A stretch of DNA of 64,000 nt from Nitrospirota bacterium (GCA_035623825.1 DASPSR010000062.1:1-64000), one strand, 5' to 3'; counted from the first letter of the stretch, positions 10,165-21,276 are shown. Notes: generated by a model from the sequence alone, not told the origin. Numbers and translations are program-made.

Positions 10165-12498
10165 ATGAATGTCCGGTTAAAAGAAATGAAAGCACAAAAG
10201 AAAGAATCTATCAGCAATCACCTGTATGAAAGCATCATGGATGGCATCACGTCCGGTGTCTGGGCAGCTGATAAAAACGACAATATCTATTATGCTAACA
10301 AAGCAATGGAGATGATCGCAGGAGTGACGCAGCAGAAGCTTCTCGGGTCGAACGTTTTTGCGACTGACGCAAAAACGGTGACAGAGTTGTTTAGGCCCCA
10401 CTATCTGGAGGCAAAGGAGTCGCTGCGGCCCGTATATTATTCAGAAGTTCCGATAGCCACGCCCGCCGGGAAACAGACTTATCAGTCAGGGTGGCTCATC
10501 CCGATAGTGACCAATGGAAAAATCGACGGCATGATTTGCACGGTCGAGGATATAACAAACGAAAAACAGACGATGAAGGCGCTGAAGGATAGTGAAACCA
10601 AGTACAAACAACTGGTAGAGAACGCCAACAGCATAATCATACGCATGGATAGAGAGGGGACCATTACTTTTATCAACCCGTTCGCGCAAAAATTGTTCGA
10701 ATACCAGGAAAGAGAAATCCTCGGCAGAAATATCGTGGGTACCATCGTACCGGACAGCGGCCGGCAAATGGTAGAGACCATGTTGAGAACAATCGAAGAA
10801 GAGCCAGGTCGGTATGCGAACATAGAATACGAAAATATCCGGTCAAACGGCGAAAAAGTTTGGATTTCATGGGCAAACAAGGCACTCTTTGATGAAGACG
10901 GCAATATAAACGAGATACTCTGTATCGGTCATGATATTACCATCCAGAAACAGCACGAACACCTCTTGCAAGAGTCGAGCCGTGAACTAGAACGACGGGT
11001 CAATCAAGGGACGGTAAAGCTGACAGCGGCGAATGAAGATCTCCAGATGGAAATACTCGAACGCAAATGGATAGAGCAGAGTCTGCGCAAATCCGAAGAG
11101 AAATACCGCCTTGTAGTCGAGTATGCAAATGAAGGCGTCTTGATCACGCAGGACAACTTCTTCCGGTTTGTTAATCCCAAGGCGGCGAAGATATTTGGCT
11201 ACACCAAGGAAGAATTAACCTCAAAGCCATTCACCGATTTCATCCATCCCGACGACCGCGAGATGGTCGTGGAACGCCACCTGAAGAGAATAAAAGGGGT
11301 CAGCATCCCTCATTTCTATTCATGCAGAATCGTGGATAGCGAAGGGAACGTCAAATGGTTGGAGGTTAACTCGGTCCTGATTACTTGGATGGGCAGACCC
11401 GCAACGCTGGCCTTCTTCAACAATATAACTGAGCGTTGGAAGGCCGAAGAGAAGCTACGCCTGACGGAATCTGCCATTCAGCAGTCAGGAGATGCTGTAG
11501 TGATAACAACGGCAAACCCGGGGCGTGCTTCGTCACGCGTCGTTTTCGTCAATGCCGCATTCACAAAGATGACGGGCTATGCGGCCGAAGAGGTGACAGA
11601 AAAGCTCTCACTCCTCCAGGGGCCGCTCTCAGACAGCACGGAGTGGAAAAAAATGGAGGCTGGCACATCGCAGAACAAGGTCTTTTATCTTGAAACAGTT
11701 GCGACCCGGAAGGACGGAACGCAGTTTAATATGGAGTGGCAGATCACGCCCTTGCGGGATGAAAGGGGGAAAGTCACACATTTCGTCTCGGTCCAGCGAG
11801 ACATCACGGAACGGAAGAAGAAGGAAGAGCAGCTGCGGCTCCTTGCATCAGAACTGCTGCTCGCAGAGGAAGGAGAGCGAAGACGTATCGCGATGGACCT
11901 TCATGATAATATCGGACAGATGCTCGCGTTGACGAGGATCAAACTGGGTGTGCTCAGAAACTCGTTATCCGGCGGTACCCCTGGTAATACCGTTGGCGAT
12001 ATTATGGATCTCATTGACCAAGCGATCGTATACACAAAATCGCTGTCTTTCGAACTGAGTCCCCCGCATTTGTATGACCTTGGTATCGAATCGACCATTG
12101 AGTGGCTGGCCGAACAGATGCAGAAGCAGCACTACATACTGTTCTACTGCGAGAAAGATAGCAGCCCCAAGCCGCTGAAGAAGGATGTTAGTATCCTGCT
12201 GTTTCAAACGGTACGGGAACTATTTATGAATATTGTGAAGCATTCTCAGGCGCATCAGGTGAATGTCAGCATCAACCGCGAAGGCGATGCAATCAAGATT
12301 GTGGTTGCAGACGACGGCATCGGTTTCGATGAGACCCAGATAGACACTAATCGGACATTCGGATTCTTCAGCATACGCGAGCGGTTAAAGTACTTTGGCG
12401 GCACGATCACGATCGATACAGGACCCGGCCGGGGCACCCGGGTGACCTTGACGTCACCGCTTGACCAAAATGAAAACAGAAAGGATGCAGGGGCGTGA
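10165..12498 (+). CDS. Soluble multi-PAS sensor histidine kinase (HisKA_3)
   Basis: Four PAS/PAC repeats; EERRRIAMDLHD-type H-box; NIVKH, DDGIGF, GTRV boxes; no TM helix. Confidence 0.92.
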   Translation: MNVRLKEMKAQKKESISNHLYESIMDGITSGVWAADKNDNIYYANKAMEMIAGVTQQKLLGSNVFATDAKTVTELFRPHYLEAKESLRPVYYSEVPIATPAGKQTYQSGWLIPIVTNGKIDGMICTVEDITNEKQTMKALKDSETKYKQLVENANSIIIRMDREGTITFINPFAQKLFEYQEREILGRNIVGTIVPDSGRQMVETMLRTIEEEPGRYANIEYENIRSNGEKVWISWANKALFDEDGNINEILCIGHDITIQKQHEHLLQESSRELERRVNQGTVKLTAANEDLQMEILERKWIEQSLRKSEEKYRLVVEYANEGVLITQDNFFRFVNPKAAKIFGYTKEELTSKPFTDFIHPDDREMVVERHLKRIKGVSIPHFYSCRIVDSEGNVKWLEVNSVLITWMGRPATLAFFNNITERWKAEEKLRLTESAIQQSGDAVVITTANPGRASSRVVFVNAAFTKMTGYAAEEVTEKLSLLQGPLSDSTEWKKMEAGTSQNKVFYLETVATRKDGTQFNMEWQITPLRDERGKVTHFVSVQRDITERKKKEEQLRLLASELLLAEEGERRRIAMDLHDNIGQMLALTRIKLGVLRNSLSGGTPGNTVGDIMDLIDQAIVYTKSLSFELSPPHLYDLGIESTIEWLAEQMQKQHYILFYCEKDSSPKPLKKDVSILLFQTVRELFMNIVKHSQAHQVNVSINREGDAIKIVVADDGIGFDETQIDTNRTFGFFSIRERLKYFGGTITIDTGPGRGTRVTLTSPLDQNENRKDAGA

Positions 12499-13142
12499 AA
12501 ATCAAAGTCCTTCTCGCCGACGATCACATTATGATGCGCGGCGGATTACGCATGGTACTTGAACAGAATACGGAGCTTTCGGTGGTCGGCGAAGCCGAGA
12601 ACGGCAGGGAAACAGTCCGTTTGGCAAAGAAACTTGAACCAGATGTGATTATTATGGATATCGCGATGTCCGACATGAACGGAATAGAAGCAACGCGCAG
12701 GATCCGTGCGGACCACCCAAACATCAAGGTGATTGCGCTCTCCATGCATTCCGACCGCCATTTTGTATCGGAAATGTTGAAGGCAGGGGCAGCAGCATAT
12801 CTCGTCAAACAGTGCGCGCTTGAGGAACTGATCGTCGCTATCAAGGCGGTGATGCAGGGTCAGACCTATCTCAGCCCCTGCATTTCTGGCGTTGTCGTGG
12901 AATATTTCGTACGAGACAAATCAAAAACGGAGGCAACTGCCTTCTCCAAGCTCACGGACCGGGAGCGGGAAGTGCTTCAGCTCATGGCAGAGGGAAAGAC
13001 CTCCAAAGAGATCGCTAGCCAGTTGAACCTCAGTGTCAAGACCATCGAGTCCCATCGCATGAATATCATGGAAAAGCTCAATATTCGTACTGTTGCCGAG
13101 CTGACGAAATATGCGATTCGCGAAGGAATTACCTCGCTCTAG
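12495..13142 (+). CDS. NarL/LuxR-family response regulator
   Basis: Receiver domain plus LTDREREVLQLMAEG...IASQLNLSVKTIESHR HTH; overlaps kinase stop. Confidence 0.95.
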   Translation: MKIKVLLADDHIMMRGGLRMVLEQNTELSVVGEAENGRETVRLAKKLEPDVIIMDIAMSDMNGIEATRRIRADHPNIKVIALSMHSDRHFVSEMLKAGAAAYLVKQCALEELIVAIKAVMQGQTYLSPCISGVVVEYFVRDKSKTEATAFSKLTDREREVLQLMAEGKTSKEIASQLNLSVKTIESHRMNIMEKLNIRTVAELTKYAIREGITSL

Positions 13143-13287
13143 GATCTCAGAACTGCTGCCTTTTGCCGCTTCCGCATGTTAATTTTACTCATGCTTTAGG
13201 ATTCAACCCCGATTTTCCTTCTGAATAATAGTCTCCCCGAGAAGGAAAATAGGCCCTATCGTTATTCAGTAATTGTCCCCCCCAAAA

Positions 13288-13304
13288 ATCAGGGAAACCC
13301 CTAT
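13288..13304 (+). promoter_or_regulatory. Candidate NarL-type operator upstream of methyltransferase operon
   Basis: Imperfect palindrome atcagggaaacccctat; similar atcgggggaaaacctct at 19137-19153. Confidence 0.3.
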
Positions 13305-13426
13305 TCACTTTAGAGTGGCAGAATGCCAATATTAATCATACAAAAAATTGAACTTTGTCAGTCATGGTCGGTCAGACAGCTGTAACTCTGAAATCCTCAC
13401 AGAATGAAAAACGGAAAGGAGATCAT

Positions 13427-14446
13427 ATGACGGAACATTTGACATCGAAGGAGCGGGTCCTCAAATTTCTGAAAGGGGAAAAGGTCGACCGCCCACCCAT
13501 TTTCAGTGGAATGGGGAATGTTGTCAAACCGGTGCTGGATAAATTGGGAATAAACTTTTCGAAGGTGCATCGTGATCCGGAACTGATGGCGAAAGCTGCA
13601 GCAGGCATGTACCGACAATTCGGTTTTGAGTGCGCGGTGGTTCCCTTTGACCTCGGTGTAGAGGCTGAGGCGCTCGGCTCGAGGATGAACTTCTATGATG
13701 AGGTGGAAGGGATTCTATATCCAACGGTAAAGGAAAAAGTTGTGACAAGTGCAGACGACCTCAAGATCCCGCACGATATCAGGAACGCCGGGCGGATCCC
13801 AGTCGTGGTTAAAGCAATCAAGGCACTCAAACGTGAGCTCGGCAACGATGTCGCAATCGGAACATATGTTCTCGGCCCATTCACCCTTGCAGGTCAGATT
13901 AAGGAACTCGATCAACTATTCGAAGAGTCCTTTCTCGAGCCGGAAAAGACCGGAAGGTTGCTGGAAAAACTCTCAAGCTTCATTGTCGAGGTCTTCAAAA
14001 TCTATCAGGAAGCAGGGGCTGACTACTTTACGCTCAGGGAGATGGGAGGGACCTCGGATGTAATGAGTCCGCGAAGTTTCAAGAGCCTGATCAAACCCCA
14101 TCTCACGAAGATTTTGGCAGCGATGCCGAGACCAAACATCCTGCATATCTGCGGCGATACGAACGCCATTATCACTGACATGGCCGAATGCGGCGCGGAT
14201 GCGGTCAGTGTGGATCACAAGAATTGCATGGCAGAGACGCGCCAGAAACTCGGTGCAAAGGCTCTCATTCTCGGAAATTTCGACCCAATCAAGGTTCTCC
14301 ATAAAGGATCAGCAGCGGAAATAGGGCCAGCGGTGCTGAATTCCCTGAAAGGCGGGGCGAGTGCGGTATGGCCAGGTTGTGATATCTGGCCTGAAGTATC
14401 TCGTGAGAATATGGAGGCCCTGGTAAAGGCTTTATCCAAAGTATAG
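13427..14446 (+). CDS. MtaA/CmuA-family (UroD fold) methylcobamide methyltransferase 1
   Basis: DLGVEAEALG, GRIPVV, GPFTLA, Zn ligands LHICG and GCD; RBS aaagga. Confidence 0.88.
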   Translation: MTEHLTSKERVLKFLKGEKVDRPPIFSGMGNVVKPVLDKLGINFSKVHRDPELMAKAAAGMYRQFGFECAVVPFDLGVEAEALGSRMNFYDEVEGILYPTVKEKVVTSADDLKIPHDIRNAGRIPVVVKAIKALKRELGNDVAIGTYVLGPFTLAGQIKELDQLFEESFLEPEKTGRLLEKLSSFIVEVFKIYQEAGADYFTLREMGGTSDVMSPRSFKSLIKPHLTKILAAMPRPNILHICGDTNAIITDMAECGADAVSVDHKNCMAETRQKLGAKALILGNFDPIKVLHKGSAAEIGPAVLNSLKGGASAVWPGCDIWPEVSRENMEALVKALSKV

Positions 14447-14462
14447 GAGTCGTTCCACCAAA

Positions 14463-15080
14463 ATGAAGATCGTACAAATTGCGGGTTACCTTGGCTCGGG
14501 AAAGACGACACTCATTATAGCGCTCAGCAAAAAGCTTGCGGGATTGGGGATGAAGATCGCTATCCTCGTGAACGACGTAGGAGCAGTACCTGTGGATGGT
14601 ACGGTCATGCAGGAGTATGGCCTTACGGTCAAGGACATTGGAGGAGGATGCATCTGCTGTCAAGTGGCAGGAAGCCTTATGAAAACATTGGAGACTCTTG
14701 CTACAACTATAGGACCCGACCTGGTTATTATCGAGCCCACGGGCATTGCGGTCCCTGATGCGATCAGTCAGACTGTGCGTTTGATGGCGCGGAAACTTCC
14801 CGTTGAAATGGGCCACACGATTGTACTTTTCGATACATCGCGGGCGGCGAAGCTCCTCACGTACGACACACTGAAGCGTTTGGTGTCTCTTCAAATCCGT
14901 GACGCAACCATTATCGGGTTAAGTAAATCCGATCTGGTGACCGTGAAGGAGGTTGAAGAGGCATCAAAGTCTGTTCGAGAGATCAATCAGAAGGCGGAAA
15001 TCGTGCGGATCTCGACTGTCACAGGAGAAGGATTGTCCTCCCTTGTCGGTAGGATTCAAGGCGTCCATGCGATGTCATGA
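14463..15080 (+). CDS. CobW/COG0523-type G3E GTPase metallochaperone (short form)
   Basis: GYLGSGKTT, NDVG, GGGCICC, IEPTG, SKSD. Confidence 0.88.
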   Translation: MKIVQIAGYLGSGKTTLIIALSKKLAGLGMKIAILVNDVGAVPVDGTVMQEYGLTVKDIGGGCICCQVAGSLMKTLETLATTIGPDLVIIEPTGIAVPDAISQTVRLMARKLPVEMGHTIVLFDTSRAAKLLTYDTLKRLVSLQIRDATIIGLSKSDLVTVKEVEEASKSVREINQKAEIVRISTVTGEGLSSLVGRIQGVHAMS

Positions 15081-15499
15081 AAATACCAGTTATTTTCCCC
15101 GGGCAGGAAAACCCGGCCCATCAGGACATTCACAGTTACAGCGCGGAACGGTTCTTTTCTTCTGCCGGAGACCTTATGCCTGCTGAACTAAGGACCCTCG
15201 CTGGCGATACCGTCCGTGCAGTAGCGATGGGATGCGAGACTGCCGGTGCCAAGGATGTCAGCCACGTGAAGGCGTACATCGAGTATGCATCGGGGTTTCT
15301 CCATGCCGACACGGTGGGCGGAAGCGGCGGCGTTACAGTCGCGGGCCGCGATGGGAAAAAAGCAAAGCGTTTTCGATTGGTCATTAATGCTGTCATTTAC
15401 GGCCTTCCTGAAGCATCTGTCAGAATGGCCACGGAAGAGGCACTCGAAACGGTCAAGGTTCAGTACGGCCTGATCCAGGAACTGCCTTCCGGGAAATAA
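15077..15499 (+). CDS. Hypothetical protein, probable partner of the CobW-type GTPase
   Basis: Overlaps the GTPase stop; C...GAKDVSHVK motif. Confidence 0.7.
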   Translation: MKIPVIFPGQENPAHQDIHSYSAERFFSSAGDLMPAELRTLAGDTVRAVAMGCETAGAKDVSHVKAYIEYASGFLHADTVGGSGGVTVAGRDGKKAKRFRLVINAVIYGLPEASVRMATEEALETVKVQYGLIQELPSGK

Positions 15500-15527
15500 C
15501 ATTAATGTTACTTTAGAGGGAAAGTTT

Positions 15528-16364
15528 ATGGAGACATCGGTATCAATGGCAAGGAATGCTATAGAAAAAAACATCCAGGAATTTAAAGTCACCCAGGAGC
15601 CTTTTTACCTGCCGATTCAGGACGAGGTGGAACTCTTCAAGATAGCGTATAATAATCGGCTGCCGCTGATGTTGAAAGGTCCGACGGGCTGCGGCAAGAC
15701 GCGGTTCCTTTCATACATGGCCTACAAAACGGGTCAACCGCTTATCACTATTGCCTGCCACGAGGACCTTACAGCAAGCGACTTGGTGGGTAGATACCTG
15801 CTTGATGGCGGCACGACGCGCTGGCAGGACGGCCCGCTCACGCTTGCTGTCCGCCATGGCGGAATCTGTTATCTTGATGAAATCGTCGAGGCGCGGAAGG
15901 ACACAACGGTCGTTATCCATCCTCTAACCGACGACCGGCGGATGCTGCCCTTGGAAAAACGGGGACAGATTCTCGAGGCATCGGACACATTCATGCTTGT
16001 CATATCCTACAACCCTGGCTACCAGACTGCTCTCAAGGACTTAAAGCAGAGCACTAAACAGCGCTTCGTCACCCTTGACTTCGATTATCCTCCTGCCAAT
16101 CTTGAGCAAGAGATAATCGTGCATGAGAGCGGTGTAGACCAAAAGACAGCGGCGAATCTCAGGAAAATCGCCGAAAAAATCCGGGGTCTGAAAGACCGCG
16201 GCCTCGACGAAGGGGTGAGCACACGATTATTGATCTATGCGGGCATGCTGGTGACCCAGGGTGTTGAACCGAGGCGCGCCTGCGAGGTTGCAATGATCAA
16301 GCCCATCACCGATGACCTGGAAATGCAGAAGACATTGAAGGAGATCGTTTCTGCGGTCCTATGA
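15528..16364 (+). CDS. CbbQ/NirQ/NorQ-family MoxR AAA+ ATPase
   Basis: EPFY N-terminus, [47 protein letters not shown]. Confidence 0.95.
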   Translation: METSVSMARNAIEKNIQEFKVTQEPFYLPIQDEVELFKIAYNNRLPLMLKGPTGCGKTRFLSYMAYKTGQPLITIACHEDLTASDLVGRYLLDGGTTRWQDGPLTLAVRHGGICYLDEIVEARKDTTVVIHPLTDDRRMLPLEKRGQILEASDTFMLVISYNPGYQTALKDLKQSTKQRFVTLDFDYPPANLEQEIIVHESGVDQKTAANLRKIAEKIRGLKDRGLDEGVSTRLLIYAGMLVTQGVEPRRACEVAMIKPITDDLEMQKTLKEIVSAVL

Positions 16365-19066
16365 TCAATCACGACTCACAACAGAAACTAATTGAGAATC
16401 TCTCTGTGTCCATAGCGGAGAGGCTTGGCCTGAACGGGAAGGCTGGCGTGACCCTCGGCGGACTGAATTCTCTGCTTGACGGCGAGACGCATCTTCGCTT
16501 CCTCGCCATGCTGGAATCATTCCTGTCCATTGACAAATCACTCTCGCAATCGCTCCTCACAAATGCTGTAACAACGTTGTCCACCGTAGAAGGGCAGCAG
16601 GCAAGGGCGGCATTCATCTCATTTGCGGCTGCCATGGGCCGCTCCAAATGGAGCGTTGTGGAAGCGCTTTTTCGCACCCTGCCCGGGCTCAAAGGACGGC
16701 CTGACTCGGTCATCATCGATTGGGCCGCATCTGCAAGCAAGCTGGCTGAGAGAGATCAAGATGTTGCCCTCGCGTATTTGAACGCCAGCATCCCGCTGCT
16801 GACGGACCTGCATGACGAAGCATTCGTACGATGGGCGGAGCGCGGCGTGGAGATTACCGCAAAATCGTGGAAGGCCGGCCGTGAATATTTCCGCTCCAGC
16901 GTCGACGTGGTCAAGAAGATCGATGTCTGCGACCTCGACCGTTGGGCTCAGCTAGGCCTCATGCTCATCGAAAAGGCGCCGAGCATCAGAGCCTCCTATT
17001 CACCCCACAGCATGCTTGCTGCAGGTGCTTCTGCCGGCAAGGCGAAAAAAGCGGATCTTGCATTACAGTACTTCCGTTCTGCTCCGCAGATCCTCGGCAG
17101 GCTTACTGTGCAGGACTTGGAGGAGTGGGTTGCGAGGGGGCTGCAAAACGTGGAGGAGCAGGCGGACAAGGGGCAATCCTTTTTTTCACTCCAGACCGGG
17201 TCAAGTCGCACGACCATCAAAAGCCTTATCAAGGGACTGGAGCTCAACGATATCCACACTGTGCTGCGCGATTATGCTGAAGCCCTTGTCGGCGTGAAGC
17301 TCATGCTTCGCTCATCATCGCTCTTTTACAAGAACCTTCCCGGCCTGAGCCAGTTCTTCTCGGTTACTGACGGGATGCGCATCTTCCTGCCCAGCAGGAT
17401 TGAAACGTTCAGCGTTGAAGACATGAACTTTAAGACCTACAAGTGGTGCTTGACCCATGAGATGGCTCACCTCCTCCACGGCACCTTCGAATTGACGCCG
17501 GCTCTGGTTCGTGCCCAACTCGGCACGCTTCCCAATTCTCGTCAGGCATTTCGGATTTTCGAGTTTCTTGAGGATGAGCGCGTTGACCACTTGATGATGA
17601 ACGACTATCCCGGTCTGAAAAAGGACCGCGACCTTATCATGAGTGCGTTTCTATCAAAGAAGCTGGAAACAGGTGTGACCGAGGTCCCCGTGCTGGAACA
17701 ATTGGGTCTACGGGAGATTCTTCCCGTTCCTGCTTCGAGCAGTTCCTCTGTCCTCGCAAACCTTCTTGGACAAGCCCTGGGCAAAGTGCTTAAGCCGGAA
17801 ACGACGGCCCGTGATGTTCTTGCTCTTACGGTCGAACTTGCGCGTTCGCTGGACGAGAACGCCTTCTGCGGGATATCTGACGGCCGGGACGCCGGTAACC
17901 GTCTTTTCTACCGGGGTGTGATTGACTATGACCTTGTAGAGAATGCAAGATCAGGAATGCAGCGGCTCGTGGTCGACCTTGTGGATCGATTTGCGGACCG
18001 GAAGGAGACCGTTGATCCACGACTTGTGGAGACGGCGCTTAACCGAATCGAAGAGGGAGCCATCGTCGACTCGGACGAACTGCTCTGGCAGGTACAGGAT
18101 CCTGACAGGCTCACAGAACTGTATGAGCAGGTCAAAGGCGAGATGGAAGAGATGGAGGCGGAAAAACGATTTCGCCGAAGCGCGTACTATGATGAATGGG
18201 ACGCGAAGATGGACGATTATCGGAAGGATTGGGTCCGCGTACGGGAAATGGACACCCCGGAGAGCTCGACCCAGTTCTACGACCGCGTTGTGGCGGAGCA
18301 ATACGGCCTGGTGAGTACTCTGCGGCGGTACTTCGGGTTGTTACGACCTGACCGGATTCAGCGATTCTTTCGTGAGGAACGAGGGGACGAAATCGACTTC
18401 GACGCCATGATCGAAGCCGTCGTAGAGCGGCACGCCGGCGTCACCCCGTCTGATCGCGTTTATATCAGGCGGGAGAAGAACCTTCGCGACGTGTCTGTTG
18501 CCTTTCTCGCGGACATGAGCTATTCAACGGGCGATGAGCTCCCGTCTGGAAAGAGAATCATTGATGTCGAACGGGAGGGGCTTGTACTGATGGCCGAAGC
18601 CCTGGAAAGCATCGGCGATCGGTGGGCTGTGTACGGTTTCTCCTCGAACTATCGCGACAAGGTCGATTTTTATGTGGTGCGTGATTTTGACGAGACATCA
18701 TTCACACGGTTCCGGCAGAGGTTTGACTTCATCAAACCTATGGCGCAGACGCGGCTCGGCGCAGCTATTCGCCACGCGGCAAGTTTGCTCGGCCGGCAGG
18801 GGTCGCGCATCAGGCTCCTGATCCTCCTATCCGATGGCAGGCCCTATGATGTTGACTACGGAGATGCAGACTACGCGGTGGAGGATACGCGTCGCGCGCT
18901 GTGGGAGATCAGGAAAAAAGGCATCTTCTCATTCTGTATTACCGTGGACAAGAAGAGCCGGGAGTACCTCCCTTACATGTATGGGGAGACTAATTATACG
19001 CTTATCGATAACGTGGAAACGCTACCCCAGCGTCTGCCGCTGATTTATAAAAGATTGACAACGTGA
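16361..19066 (+). CDS. CbbO/NorD-like VWA-domain protein
   Basis: N-terminal helical repeats, [37 protein letters not shown]. Confidence 0.92.
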   Translation: MINHDSQQKLIENLSVSIAERLGLNGKAGVTLGGLNSLLDGETHLRFLAMLESFLSIDKSLSQSLLTNAVTTLSTVEGQQARAAFISFAAAMGRSKWSVVEALFRTLPGLKGRPDSVIIDWAASASKLAERDQDVALAYLNASIPLLTDLHDEAFVRWAERGVEITAKSWKAGREYFRSSVDVVKKIDVCDLDRWAQLGLMLIEKAPSIRASYSPHSMLAAGASAGKAKKADLALQYFRSAPQILGRLTVQDLEEWVARGLQNVEEQADKGQSFFSLQTGSSRTTIKSLIKGLELNDIHTVLRDYAEALVGVKLMLRSSSLFYKNLPGLSQFFSVTDGMRIFLPSRIETFSVEDMNFKTYKWCLTHEMAHLLHGTFELTPALVRAQLGTLPNSRQAFRIFEFLEDERVDHLMMNDYPGLKKDRDLIMSAFLSKKLETGVTEVPVLEQLGLREILPVPASSSSSVLANLLGQALGKVLKPETTARDVLALTVELARSLDENAFCGISDGRDAGNRLFYRGVIDYDLVENARSGMQRLVVDLVDRFADRKETVDPRLVETALNRIEEGAIVDSDELLWQVQDPDRLTELYEQVKGEMEEMEAEKRFRRSAYYDEWDAKMDDYRKDWVRVREMDTPESSTQFYDRVVAEQYGLVSTLRRYFGLLRPDRIQRFFREERGDEIDFDAMIEAVVERHAGVTPSDRVYIRREKNLRDVSVAFLADMSYSTGDELPSGKRIIDVEREGLVLMAEALESIGDRWAVYGFSSNYRDKVDFYVVRDFDETSFTRFRQRFDFIKPMAQTRLGAAIRHAASLLGRQGSRIRLLILLSDGRPYDVDYGDADYAVEDTRRALWEIRKKGIFSFCITVDKKSREYLPYMYGETNYTLIDNVETLPQRLPLIYKRLTT

Positions 19067-19231
19067 TGATCATGCGTCAATCGTTTTGGAAAACTCGACT
19101 AAACCAGGGCTAAACAAAACTTGTGAGAAGATGCAAATCGGGGGAAAACCTCTCGTTCGGCGTAACGAATGAGGCGGTGCAATCCACGTTTAAACAGTCT
19201 ACCGGCAAAGCCGGTGAAAGGAGGTAAAAAT

Positions 19232-19465
19232 ATGGAATCCTGTTACAAATGCGGTAGAGCGGCTGATTTCATATGTCCTGATTGTGGGACCAAAGCATGC
19301 AAGAGCCACATGGAGCTTCGCTACACCGGTCCGGACCGGGGCTTCAAGTCGCGGTTCATGTGCCCGTCATGCTGGAAGAGCAAACGGGTCAAACTGAACC
19401 AGGATATGGTACGTGCCGATGCGTATAGACCCAAGACATATGTTGCTTTCGGCAGAAGGGAATAG
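19232..19465 (+). CDS. Small zinc-finger protein
   Basis: CxxC-x7-CxxC-x4-CxxH...CxxC; strong RBS aaggagg. Confidence 0.8.
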   Translation: MESCYKCGRAADFICPDCGTKACKSHMELRYTGPDRGFKSRFMCPSCWKSKRVKLNQDMVRADAYRPKTYVAFGRRE

Positions 19466-19467
19466 CG

Positions 19468-20160
19468 ATGACGGCGGTAAGAAAGGCGGTTCACAGGTCA
19501 TCTGTGGAGCATCACGGAGAACAGGGCAGGCTGGCATCCCTCGTTGAGTTTGCACTGGCTAAGGGTGCCTACCGTGCAAAGGCGTTTTCCGCCCGGAAAG
19601 TCGTGATTGACGAACGGGTTCGGCTTAAATGCCAGATTCCCTTATGTCCCCATTATAACACTACACTGACCTGTCCGCCCAACGTACCAACCGTAGACGA
19701 GTTCAGAAGGGCGCTTCAATTGTACAAAAAAGCAGTGCTGGTTCAGACCAGAGCGCCGCTCAGTCTCTCCATGGATGATTTTGACAAGAAGGAAGTGCTC
19801 ACGTTCCTGGATTCCCATGGCACAGCTCCTGTTCCAAACGCGGCCGTAGAGAGCGAAGCCCGCAGGAACCTCGAGGACGTAAAACTCCAGTCAGTCAGGC
19901 TTCACAAGCTGGTAAACGAGGTGGAGTCGGAGGCATTGTCACTGGGTTTTCATTACGCTCTGGGGCTTATTGGCGGTGACTGTATGCTGTGCCCGAAATG
20001 CGCGGGTCCAGGCGCGTCCTGCCGGCGGCCTTTTCAGGCTCGTCCGTCCATGGAGGGTATCGGTATCGATGTGGTCAGAACAAGCAGGAACGCGGGGCTG
20101 TCGTTCGATATCCCGCCCAAGCATGAGGTCGTATGGACTGGGCTCGTTCTTGTGGAGTAG
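19468..20160 (+). CDS. DUF2284 metal-binding protein
   Basis: RVRLKC...CPHY...CPP, GDCMLCPKC...C, ARPSMEGIGIDV. Confidence 0.88.
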   Translation: MTAVRKAVHRSSVEHHGEQGRLASLVEFALAKGAYRAKAFSARKVVIDERVRLKCQIPLCPHYNTTLTCPPNVPTVDEFRRALQLYKKAVLVQTRAPLSLSMDDFDKKEVLTFLDSHGTAPVPNAAVESEARRNLEDVKLQSVRLHKLVNEVESEALSLGFHYALGLIGGDCMLCPKCAGPGASCRRPFQARPSMEGIGIDVVRTSRNAGLSFDIPPKHEVVWTGLVLVE

Positions 20161-20214
20161 TTTCGGCCGACGAACTGCGGCCGATGGTGTCAATTCAAAT
20201 AGGAGGTGGTTTCA

Positions 20215-21276
20215 ATGGCGGATCAGATGACAAGTCTGGAAAGAGTTGCAACAGCCATGCAGTTTAAAGAGGCGGACCGGGTACCCGCCGCACCGCTCGT
20301 ATGCGGCGCGAGCCATCGGTTCTCGGGGCTGACCTATGCGGACTGGTCGCGAGGCACTGACATAGACGCAATGGTCAAAGGACATGTAGATGCCCTCGAT
20401 ATGATCGGGCATGACGGTGTCGTTCTGCTGATCGACCTTTCCGTCGAGGCGCATGCGTTCGGATGCGAGATCAACTTCCCGGAAATGGGGACTGCGCATC
20501 CCAACTATGACAAACCATTTATCGGCAGCCATAAGGAGTACACGAAGGTCAAGCGTATCGATCCCCGCAAGACGCTGCGCACCAAGTCGGTTATTGAGCT
20601 TGCGGCGGGGCTTTCCAAGGAGATTGGCAAGACTCACGCCATCGTCGGCTTTGTCTACGGTTCTATCGGCGTCCTCAGCATGCTGCGCGGACCCGAAGCA
20701 TTTTTTATGGATCTCATGGAGCATCCCAATGAGGTCATGGCAGCTGTCGAAGTGGTAGACGAGGTTCTGATGGATTACACCAAGGCGCAACTTGAAGCAG
20801 GTGTGCATGCCATCTGCTACGATCACCTGTATGGGTCGCAAAGCATCTTGAGCAAACCGTTGTGGGAAAAATTCGAGGGGCAGTCCGTGAAGAAGATTGC
20901 AGATTACGTGCATAAGGCGGGAGCACTCTTTGGATTCCACAACTGCGGCAATGGCATCTACTTCGATATGAGCATGAAATACGGAAAGCCGCATTTCATT
21001 TCTCATGCTTATGTGGCCGACGATGTGGATAGCTGGGAAGAGAACAAGAAAAAATGGGGTAAATCCACGACAACAATTGGCTGGATCCCTCCCGGGCCGG
21101 TGGCAATGCTTGGCACGCCCGAAGAAATCGAGGAGGAGTGCAAGGCCGAGATCGAGATTTATGCAAAAGGCGGTGGGTTTATCCTTGCGACCGGCTGCGA
21201 GTACGGCCCCAATGCTCCGCTCAGGAATGCGAAGCGGATCGTCGAAGCGGCGAAAAAATACGGTGTTTATAAATAA
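20215..21276 (+). CDS. UroD/MtaA-family methylcobamide methyltransferase 2
   Basis: DRVPAAP, DLSVEAHAFG, Zn ligands FHNCG and TGCE, GTPEEI, GGFILATG. Confidence 0.88.
   Translation: MADQMTSLERVATAMQFKEADRVPAAPLVCGASHRFSGLTYADWSRGTDIDAMVKGHVDALDMIGHDGVVLLIDLSVEAHAFGCEINFPEMGTAHPNYDKPFIGSHKEYTKVKRIDPRKTLRTKSVIELAAGLSKEIGKTHAIVGFVYGSIGVLSMLRGPEAFFMDLMEHPNEVMAAVEVVDEVLMDYTKAQLEAGVHAICYDHLYGSQSILSKPLWEKFEGQSVKKIADYVHKAGALFGFHNCGNGIYFDMSMKYGKPHFISHAYVADDVDSWEENKKKWGKSTTTIGWIPPGPVAMLGTPEEIEEECKAEIEIYAKGGGFILATGCEYGPNAPLRNAKRIVEAAKKYGVYK

Noticed and set aside
13427-21276. hemE (uroporphyrinogen decarboxylase) calls for the two UroD-fold genes
   Set aside because: Lack the RQAGR motif, have Zn ligands, and sit with a corrinoid protein and RACE
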